DNA of 33,548 nt from Reclinomonas americana ATCC 50394 (lineage: Eukaryota). Below, piece after piece: positions 20,287-30,065 of the stretch (the stretch's first letter is position 1; every line of letters begins with the position of its first letter). The stretch covers positions 19,105-52,652 of the forward strand of contig PS015707.1 of NCBI GenBank assembly GCA_048213135.1, given 5' to 3'. The translations under genes and the position numbers were made by a program. A model generated the notes under the pieces. That model saw only the letters and a list, made by a program, of their open reading frames with translations, made no database searches and was not told where the DNA came from.

Positions 20287-21190
20287 ATGGGAGAGGTGGT
20301 GTTGTACTCGTACTGGCGAAGCAGCTGCTCGTGGCGTGTGCGGTCTGTGTGCTCTCTCGCACACTCACTTAGAGGGATGCTCATCCTCACTGCATGCACA
20401 GCATTGCACTGGCCTTCAAAGACATTTCATACAAGTACGTCGGTGTGAACCTGTTGACAGGCGAGCAGGTCAGCACTGTGTTGTCTCAGTGTGTGTGAGT
20501 GTGTGTGAGAGAGAACTGAGAGAGGGAGAGTTCCCTGCACAGAAATCACCGGAGTATTTGGCCAAGAATCCCGCCGGACTGCTTCCGAGTCTCGAGATCG
20601 ATGGCACTCTGTTGGCCGAGTCTGCGGCCATTCTTGAGTACTTGGAGGAGACTCGGTGGGCACGCCCCCTCTCTCTCTCTTTCTCTCACTGATCCCCTCT
20701 CCTTCCCTCACTGTGCCCCTGCAGTCCCGAGCCTCCGTTGTTCCCGGCCGATCCCAAGGACAAGGCCGTGGTGCGACAGCTGTGCTACCTCATCATGGCC
20801 GACATTCAGCCACTGCAGAACTTGTCAGTGATCAACAAGGTGCTGTTTTGGCAGGGCGGGCCTGTGGTGTTTGGCAACTCACTGCTGCGCGGACAGGTGG
20901 CGGCTGAGTGCGGCGCGGAGAGCAAGGAACCGTGGGCGCGTTTCTGGATCGAGCGCGGACTGACGGCCTTTGAGGAGATTCTCCGCCGCACCGCCGGGCG
21001 CTACTGCTTTGGCGATGAGGTGACCATGGCGGATCTGTTCCTGCTGCCGCAAATCTACAACGCCAAGCGCTTCAAGGTGGACCTGACGCCGTTCCCGCTC
21101 ATCACCGGCATTGTCGGTCGCCTGGAGGAGTTGCCCGCGTTCCAAGCTGCCGACCCTGCCGCGCAGCCCGACGCACCACCCTCGTCGTGA
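20287..21190 (+). CDS. GSTZ1: Glutathione S-transferase zeta / maleylacetoacetate isomerase; exons 20287-20342, 20402-20468, 20543-20655, 20725-20839, 20897-21190
   Basis: Spliced product has YSYWRSSCSWRVRIAL (zeta SSC motif), NPAGLLPSL, ESAAILEYLEE, DIQPLQNL, GDEVTMADL and QPD. Confidence 0.96.
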
Positions 21191-21278
21191 AGCCTTCCTC
21201 TCTCAGTCTCTCTCACTCTCCCCTCCGTCACCGACACCTGAGAGCTGTCGAGTACAACAAGCAAGATACACCATGCTT

Positions 21279-22216
21279 TCATCTGCCCTTCTCATCACCC
21301 TCCAGCGCCTTGCGCAACCACGTGCGACTGTGGCCGGCAAAGTAGTCGTCGATGCGCCCAATGTCGTCGTAGCCGAGACGCCGGTAGAACTCAGGCGCCT
21401 GAAAGTCAAACGTGTCGACTACAGCGCGTCGACATCCGCGCTGCCTCGCCAGCGACTCGAGTCGCCGCAGCACCTCCGAGCCCATTCCGCGTCCGCGCAT
21501 CGACTCGTCCACCCACACCATCTTCACCTGCAAGTCGCCGCCCAGTGTCACGCCCGTGGCCGCAGCCACGAGCCTCCCACGTTCGCGTACTAGCACGCCT
21601 GCGTCCACGTAGCGCCACGCAAAGCCCACAGCCTCGGTGGCGTGCGCCGAGAGTCCCTCGTTGATCACACGCGCGTCCTCGGCCGACACGCGATTCACCG
21701 ACTCGACTACAGTGTCGGGCGACAAGTGCTGTCGCTCCAGCATGTGCTGCACTGCGGCTGCGTTCGTGGGCAAGCGATCGGGGGCGCTTGGACAAGTCGC
21801 CTCCAATCGCTGCAGTTCCTCTTCCCATTGCGCGTGGCGCTGGAGGAAGCGACGACGGGCGAAGCAGTAGGGGACGAGAGAGAGGCCGAGTGTGCAAAAG
21901 GCGAAGAGCAGACCGCAGGCCAGTGGGCCTTGCAGCTCCTCGTGGGCGCGAGGTTCGTGCGAGAGGTGCGTGCGTCGGCGTCGCTGTGTGGTGTCGGGCG
22001 ATTCCTGTGCATGTGTGGGTGGTGATGAGAGGGCGTGCCAGGGAGAGCACACACACACACACACACTCGTGTGCCACGCACAGGGGATGGGGGCAGCTGG
22101 ATCGCTCTTTGTTGATGATCATCATCGTCTTCGTCTTCGTTTTCGCCAGTGTGATGCAGCAGTGAGCGACGCAGCTGCTCGGTGACCTTGTCGACGCTGT
22201 CGCTGGCGTGCGTCAT
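21279..22216 (-). CDS. GNAT-family N-acetyltransferase with N-terminal extension and one hydrophobic segment; exons 22216-22082 and 22004-21279
   Basis: Motif A VWVDESMRGRGMGSEVL and motif B VDTFDFQAPEFYRRLGY; phase-0 intron 22005-22081 (GTGCGT..CAG). Confidence 0.88.
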
Positions 22217-22346
22217 GTCAGTGCGTTCTTCACTCTCTTCTCTCACACTTTCCGAAACACGACACAACACAAAGAAGCGCAGACGGAGGACGACGAAGTC
22301 TGAATGGCTACAAAAAAGAAACTGCTGCTGCTGCTGCTGCTTCGGC

Positions 22347-24976
22347 TCAGCGCAGTGGAGGAACACCGCTGGCAAACGGTGCCGTTGACTGTGATGGTGG
22401 TGGCACTGGCGATGCTGCTGATGGTGCGGCAGCACGAAGCGTCTCCACGGCTGGCGTGCTGTCGCCGCGCGAGTGGTACGGTACGACAGCCGGTGGTGCG
22501 GCCGCCGGCGACATGGACAACATGGGCGGCACACCAATCGGGCTGGCAGTGGACAACGGCGAGTGCACCGGGGGTGGCACCGGCGACGCGTAGGTCGCCG
22601 TGTAGGGCCCAGCGGTGGCGACCGGAGCAACGTGATACGAGGCGGCTGGTGCTACTTGTGTCCGCACGGGGTCGGAGATCGACGACACTTGCGGAGGCAG
22701 TGGCGCCTGATACGGCGTCACTGTGGGGACTGCCGGTGGCGGCGGCGGCGGTGCGTAGTACGACGGCGGACCCGCTGGAGTCGGTGTCGCGTACACCGCA
22801 GCAGGTGGCGCTCCGTAAGGGAGTGACACAGGCGGCGGCACGGCCGCAAACGCAGCCGGGGCCGGTGCATCGCTGTGCGGCGGCGGTGGCACACTGGAGA
22901 GAGTTGACGGAGCCGAGTTGACTGCCGACGCCGGTGGCTGGCCGGGCGCATACGACACCACAGGCTGCGCGCTACCGTACAGATCTCCAGCCGGCAGTGA
23001 TGATGGTGGAGGCACATAAGAGTGATCGGCAAATGCGGGCGGTTCATGATGGTCGTCGTGAGCGGCCGGGGGTGCGTGCTCCGGCACCAATGACAGCGGC
23101 TGCGCCGGCACCGGTGAGAGCGGCTGATCGATGGCGTAATGTTGCTGCGCAGGCGGAGACAAAGGATCTGCGCGACGAGCGACATGAGAGTGAGCACAAC
23201 GCATGCACGGGAAGAAAGCGAAAGTCACCAACTGACCATGGAACTCGGGTACGCTGTCTGGGTTGCGCAACACGTCCGCCAGGCGCTTCGCCCAGCCTGG
23301 TCCCATCGGCTTTGTCTTGTCGGGGCCGCGCTTGGCTTCATCCTGTGGCACCGCAACAGGTGACATTTCGGTACTGCGCGAGCGAGACACACACAGGGAC
23401 GCACCAGCCACTGCAGCTTTTGTCGCATGCGCCACGCGCGCACGCGGATCGGCGTGTATGGGAAGCGTCCCTCAACCACAGTGCTGTGCTCCAGTGCGAC
23501 TTGCAGACCGAGAACAAAGTCGGTGGGGTTCACCGGTGACACAAAGTCGTAGGTGCGTTGCCGGGCGACCTGATGCAACACGCTAATGAGAAGCCGGTTC
23601 CGCTGCACGCCATGCGCAAATCACATACCACCGAGAAGCAGTTCCACGGAGTGCGGCGGAACGTGGCCCACGGACCGCTCTTCTTGAAGTTCTTGGTGTA
23701 CGGTCCGAGAACCACGTAGCGAATCTGATTCAGCGGGATCACACGGTTCGGTGCCTTGTTGTGCGGGCCTGCAAATTCAACAAGTGAGTGACAAGCCACC
23801 GACAATGCAAGCCTGCTCCAGGGCACCCACCAAAGCGCAGCGACTGCCCGTCGTTAGACAGCTTTACGTAGCGACGCTGGACCTTGTTCTTGCGGAAGGC
23901 GACCTTGTCCACGACCACACCCTGCTTCGCCACCTGGATGTACCGCTCGCTGCGGTCGTGCAGCAACTGGAGATCATGTGTGGAGGAGACTGCGCGGGAG
24001 ACTCAAGTCAATAAAAATGACCCGTACTTTTGATCGTACCACGTCCCAAAACAACGCAACATGATGACGGCGGGGCCAATCGCGGCGGTGGGACCGGTTC
24101 CGGCTCTGGCTCCGGCTCCGGCTCCAATACCGGCTCCGGTTCTGGTTCAGGCTCCGGCTGCTGCGGCGGCACCTCTGTAATCAAAAAAAGAGAGTCAGAG
24201 TCAGATGGAGTCGCCATGAGAGGGGGGAAGCAGACAACCGCGTACGGAACCTGGTACTGGCGGCGGAATCGGTCTTGGGTACGCGTACCGCATGTCGTAG
24301 ATGGCCGGTTGTGGAGGATGCGTGCCGTGTGGCGGGCTGGCGAGTGCACGTGCGGGTGGCGATGCCGACTGGGGGATCGAATGATGCGAGACAGGCGGCA
24401 CCTCACCACTGTGGCCACTCTCGGAATCGCGGTTGTGGCCATTGATGTCGGGCTGCACGAGCAGAGGAGTGAGTGAGGAACGATTACAACAACAATGAAA
24501 GCAATGCAAGCAAACATACCTCCACCGCTCGTGCCATCTCATCGTCATAGTCGAGCAAGTGCTGCGACGGGTGGTGGCCGTGTGGGTCGGCAGTGGCATG
24601 CAGCGGCGACGACAAATGATACACCATGCCGTCGCTGGCTACCTGCGGAGCCACGTCACCATTGTTATGGTGGTAGCCCTGGTCGTACTCATTGCCGTAC
24701 ATGTCGTCATCGTGCGGCGTGCGGTACTCGTCGCCAGCACCACCATACGGCTGCTGACCGTGATGCTGATACTCGTCGTCATTGTAGCCGCCTGTCTGGA
24801 AACCAGAAGCGGCCTCTGCGGCAGCGGCAGCAGCAGCTGCTGCGGCATAGTCGTCCTGCACCGGATACGGTGGTGAATTCGGCTGCGCCGGTCGCTGCAG
24901 GCGAGGGCCGGCCGACGGAACGCGAGTCGGCGACCGTGAACCCTGCCGCCGACTGCGTGCCAGCATACTGAGATTG
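22347..24976 (-). CDS. PH-domain (PLC-type PH-like) protein with Pro-rich regions; 3' part of a gene cut by a gap
   Basis: KQGVVVDKVAFRKNKVQRRYVKLSNDGQSLRF..IPLNQIRYVVLG..NCFSVVARQRTYDF..FVLGLQ resembles PLC-like PH domains; (PE)n tract at ~24090-24157; long Pro/Ala/Tyr-rich tail. Confidence 0.7.
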
Positions 24977-25950
24977 NNNNNNNNNNNNNNNNNNNNNNNN
25001 NNNNNNNNNNNNNNNNNNNNNNNNNNNNNNNNNNNNNNNNNNNNNNNNNNNNNNNNNNNNNNNNNNNNNNNNNNNNNNNNNNNNNNNNNNNNNNNNNNNN
25101 NNNNNNNNNNNNNNNNNNNNNNNNNNNNNNNNNNNNNNNNNNNNNNNNNNNNNNNNNNNNNNNNNNNNNNNNNNNNNNNNNNNNNNNNNNNNNNNNNNNN
25201 NNNNNNNNNNNNNNNNNNNNNNNNNNNNNNNNNNNNNNNNNNNNNNNNNNNNNNNNNNNNNNNNNNNNNNNNNNNNNNNNNNNNNNNNNNNNNNNNNNNN
25301 NNNNNNNNNNNNNNNNNNNNNNNNNNNNNNNNNNNNNNNNNNNNNNNNNNNNNNNNNNNNNNNNNNNNNNNNNNNNNNNNNNNNNNNNNNNNNNNNNNNN
25401 NNNNNNNNNNNNNNNNNNNNNNNNNNNNNNNNNNNNNNNNNNNNNNNNNNNNNNNNNNNNNNNNNNNNNNNNNNNNNNNNNNNNNNNNNNNNNNNNNNNN
25501 NNNNNNNNNNNNNNNNNNNNNNNNNNNNNNNNNNNNNNNNNNNNNNNNNNNNNNNNNNNNNNNNNNNNNNNNNNNNNNNNNNNNNNNNNNNNNNNNNNNN
25601 NNNNNNNNNNNNNNNNNNNNNNNNNNNNNNNNNNNNNNNNNNNNNNNNNNNNNNNNNNNNNNNNNNNNNNNNNNNNNNNNNNNNNNNNNNNNNNNNNNNN
25701 NNNNNNNNNNNNNNNNNNNNNNNNNNNNNNNNNNNNNNNNNNNNNNNNNNNNNNNNNNNNNNNNNNNNNNNNNNNNNNNNNNNNNNNNNNNNNNNNNNNN
25801 NNNNNNNNNNNNNNNNNNNNNNNNNNNNNNNNNNNNNNNNNNNNNNNNNNNNNNNNNNNNNNNNNNNNNNNNNNNNNNNNNNNNNNNNNNNNNNNNNNNN
25901 NNNNNNNNNNNNNNNNNNNNNNNNNNNNNNNNNNNNNNNNNNNNNNNNNN

Positions 25951-26779
25951 AGCTCAGAAATGCTCGGGCCCGAGCCACGCGAGGAGGCCACGGCGGCAGC
26001 CGCAGCGGCAGCAACACGCTGGGGAGAGCGCGCGCTGCGCTGCGGGCTTCCACGACCACTGGTGTTGCCACCGGCACCGCCGGCGCGCATGCCAGGCGGT
26101 GACGGCGAGCGACGGCCCGACTGACCACCCAACGGTTCCTCGCGAGTCAGCGTCACCGCCAGACGCGCAAAGCGGTGCAGACGCGAGCCGTCGTGCGTTC
26201 CATAAAAGTACAAACACAAGTAGCGTCCGACGAGCGTGTCGCGGAACGAGAACGTCTGCGCCGTCTCGTCGTGCTCGGCCGGGCACTCGATGCGCCAATC
26301 CGACTCGATCGTACGGAAGCCAAAGGCTGCGTTCTCCGAGGTCGAAATGAGGCACTTGGTGGGGCATCCACGCGGTCCCGACGGCGTCACATGCACGGTG
26401 ATGACGCCCGGATGCTGCTTCGAGCCGCCAGCTCCACGCTTCAGCTCGAGGACGCACGACGAGCAGTCGTTGCGTGAAATGTTGGTGGTCCAGAAGGGAT
26501 TCTCATTGCGCAAGTTGCGCGGCTGTGCCGACTCGCCCGACGACACGCGCAGCACCGTCTGGCACCCGCTTCCCGACGCCGAAATCACCGTCTTCACCAT
26601 GTTGGAGGTCACCAGGTGCGACGCGCCGCTCTTGGAGGTGGCCGGCGCGAGACCGGTCGGCGACGGACTGCGCGGACGGCCTGCAGCAGCAGCACGCGCA
26701 CCAGTGGGTGGCGATGCCGGAGCCGCCGCTGCCTGTCGCTGTGCCGGTTGCGGTTGCGACGAGTAGCCCTGCGATCGAG
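25951..26779 (-). CDS. Coding segment between gaps with a putative galactose-binding-like (jelly-roll; APC10/IFT25/discoidin-like) domain
   Basis: Open frame throughout; globular part RVSSGES..RNL..FWTT..CVLEL..PTKCLIS..QTFSF..GRYLCLYFYG flanked by RSPSP low-complexity sequence. The fold call is an inference. Confidence 0.55.
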
Positions 26780-27641
26780 NNNNNNNNNNNNNNNNNNNNN
26801 NNNNNNNNNNNNNNNNNNNNNNNNNNNNNNNNNNNNNNNNNNNNNNNNNNNNNNNNNNNNNNNNNNNNNNNNNNNNNNNNNNNNNNNNNNNNNNNNNNNN
26901 NNNNNNNNNNNNNNNNNNNNNNNNNNNNNNNNNNNNNNNNNNNNNNNNNNNNNNNNNNNNNNNNNNNNNNNNNNNNNNNNNNNNNNNNNNNNNNNNNNNN
27001 NNNNNNNNNNNNNNNNNNNNNNNNNNNNNNNNNNNNNNNNNNNNNNNNNNNNNNNNNNNNNNNNNNNNNNNNNNNNNNNNNNNNNNNNNNNNNNNNNNNN
27101 NNNNNNNNNNNNNNNNNNNNNNNNNNNNNNNNNNNNNNNNNNNNNNNNNNNNNNNNNNNNNNNNNNNNNNNNNNNNNNNNNNNNNNNNNNNNNNNNNNNN
27201 NNNNNNNNNNNNNNNNNNNNNNNNNNNNNNNNNNNNNNNNNNNNNNNNNNNNNNNNNNNNNNNNNNNNNNNNNNNNNNNNNNNNNNNNNNNNNNNNNNNN
27301 NNNNNNNNNNNNNNNNNNNNNNNNNNNNNNNNNNNNNNNNNNNNNNNNNNNNNNNNNNNNNNNNNNNNNNNNNNNNNNNNNNNNNNNNNNNNNNNNNNNN
27401 NNNNNNNNNNNNNNNNNNNNNNNNNNNNNNNNNNNNNNNNNNNNNNNNNNNNNNNNNNNNNNNNNNNNNNNNNNNNNNNNNNNNNNNNNNNNNNNNNNNN
27501 NNNNNNNNNNNNNNNNNNNNNNNNNNNNNNNNNNNNNNNNNNNNNNNNNNNNNNNNNNNNNNNNNNNNNNNNNNNNNNNNNNNNNNNNNNNNNNNNNNNN
27601 NNNNNNNNNNNNNNNNNNNNNNNNNNNNNNNNNNNNNNNNN

Positions 27642-28783
27642 TGAGCACGAGTGAACACGCGAAGAGGACAACGGGGACCGCCGTCGACGCAACAGTCACA
27701 TTGCCGGACTGCGGCGTCGGTGATCGCGCGCGCTGAGCAGAGAAACAAGCAAGCATGAAAGAATGAGTCGACGCAAACGACACAATGCCACCAGACACAG
27801 ACACACTCAACAGGGAACTGCACCGGTTGGTACTGCTGCAGCGGCGATCCACCCTGCGTCGGCGACGCACCACGCGGAGGTGCCGAGGCCGCAGGAGGAG
27901 GAGGCGACGAGAATGCCGACTGCTGCTGCTGCGGTGGGGAAGCAGGCGCACCAGCGCCCTGCGATGAGGCACCAGGGTACACTTGATGCAGAGCCGCAGT
28001 GGGCGAGGCCATCTGCAAACAAGTGAGTGAGTGAGGAGAGAGACTGGGAGAGAGAGAGAGAGACTCACTGAGGAGGTGATTGTGCCGGAGTTGACTCGCG
28101 GCACTGCAGACGACTGCGCGCCTCTGTTGGCCTCCTCGGAACGCCTCCGCTGCTCGGCCAATGTCAACAGCTCGTGCTCGCCACGCGCATTCAACGAGCC
28201 CTTCAGCAATGCATCACGCTCGGAAAATGCAAGCTGCAAAACACATGAGTTGCGTGTGCAAGAGAGTGTGAAGAGTGGTGTGGACGAGTGTGCGTACCTT
28301 TTCAAACGCGGAGAACTTTTCGTTGAGACCGAATCGCAGAGGGCCTGTGTGTGGTGTGTGAGTGGAGAGTGTGTGGTGGAAAATGGCCCGCTTGTGTTAT
28401 GCACAACCGAAAACAAAATCGCGATGGCCACTGTATATGCGTGTGTGTCTCGGCCACTCACTCACTCTCTGTGTGTGTGTGCTGCGACCAGTGCAACGAG
28501 TGTGCGTGTGTTTGTTGTTGTTTGTTGTGCGTGACATGGCGATGTCTCTTGTTCTTTCTTCCGCACCTGTGCCAAACGCGTTGACTCCGCCGCCATTCGC
28601 CGCCGCATTGGAGGAGTTGGGGGAGGTGGCGGAGGGAGGCGATGGAGAGCGTCCACTGCGTGCGCCGGAAGAAACGGGACCGCTGTTTGTGGCAGCAGCC
28701 GCTCTCGAGGAGCGGATCGGGTGCGTCGTCTGCACAGGCATGCCGCCGTTGGCGGAGGCCGACGAGGCCGGTGCGCGGTACAT
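27642..28783 (-). CDS. 5' exons of a low-complexity Ser/Pro/Ala-rich protein, probably the same gene as the two segments above
   Basis: ATG at 28783 (MYRAPASSASANGG), GT-AG joinable exons, and RSPSP motifs shared with the 25951-26779 segment. Confidence 0.55.
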
Positions 28784-29426
28784 GCTTTTTTTCCTCGCAA
28801 CAAATCGAAAAACAAATGTGCGACGTCGACGTGTCCGGCGGGACGTTGATTGATTTCGGGCTTTGTGCGAGCAAAAGCGACCAACGACAAAAATCGAAAT
28901 GGGTTGTGGTGCCAGTGTTGCGGGTGTGAATGCTGGGAGACGAGCGTCGCGGTTGAACTTGTGGACGAATGGCAATCCGGATGGACTGACTGACTCGGAG
29001 AGTGACGCGACTGGTTCGTTCGATTTCTTCGGTTTTTTTCACGCGGTTGTGTTGTTTTTTGGAAGGGAGGCAGTTCCTCTTTCTTCTCTTTCCCCACGTG
29101 CGCACACCTCCTTTCTCTCTTGTCGACTGTGTCTGTTTGAGTGAGACAAACGCACGTCTGTGATCGAAAGAGCGACCAACGAAACGTGCACTTCGTGTAG
29201 ACTGACTGACTGTTCTTCTTCCGCTTCACGAAATGCGCAGGGTGTGGTAAACTACGCGAGGCACTCCATTCAGATCTGCAGACACCGCGCATCCACGTTC
29301 AGCGTGTGGTGAGTTGATGTTCGCCAGTTTGTTCGGAGTGGAGAGATATCGGAAAAAGCTCAGGATTGACTATGTGCTTGACTGTGCGCTTCTCGGCAGC
29401 AGAGTCTGGAGATACCGGCGACCCGC

Positions 29427-29906
29427 ATGCCTTCTGCACTTCGTAGACCGGGCGATTCGCCATGTGCACGCGCCAAGTCTGCTCGGTTTGCCACCTCGCC
29501 AACATCACGAAAGTCGTCGGCAGCAGCGGGAGGAGGCGCATGGAACTTTGCTGGAGTGGTGCCGCGATCGCCACGCCGACGCATGAGTGTGGATCTGTCG
29601 ACACTGGCCAATGCGCGAACACCAGTGGAGCGACTGCAGTACTACGCCACAGCGCGGCGGTCGTCGCTGTCGGCCGTCACGAAGGGTCCGACTCCAACCA
29701 ACGACAAAAATGACAACAACAACGCGGCGATGCTGAAACCGGGCGCGTTGGTGCAAGAGCGCACGACACGCGGCATGTGGGAGGGTGCACTGGCCGACAG
29801 TCGCCGCCTGAGCCTCTCGTCGAGTCTGTCGTCGGTCTCGTCGGACAAGCTGACCATGACGACGCTCACGCCCACGGCCGGCAACAACAATGGCGCCGCG
29901 CCATGA
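29427..29906 (+). CDS. Hypothetical low-complexity protein
   Basis: 159-aa ORF with ATG and RRxS motifs, filling the space between two minus-strand genes; no recognisable domain. Confidence 0.35.
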   Translation: MPSALRRPGDSPCARAKSARFATSPTSRKSSAAAGGGAWNFAGVVPRSPRRRMSVDLSTLANARTPVERLQYYATARRSSLSAVTKGPTPTNDKNDNNNAAMLKPGALVQERTTRGMWEGALADSRRLSLSSSLSSVSSDKLTMTTLTPTAGNNNGAAP

Positions 29907-30065
29907 GAGCGGCCGCCGCTTGGCCATTCGTAGATAGCATGTACCGCGTGTTGCAGGCGAAGCGTACGCGAGGAGAAACAGAGACAAGCAAGTGTAAAAT
30001 GATGTGCACCTAGATGTTATATTGTTGTTGCTGTCGTTGTCGTCGTCATTGTTGTTGCTGTTGGT

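Noticed and set aside
24639-28461. Very long ORFs (up to 1017 aa) in the track
   Set aside because: Artefacts of reading through N gaps.
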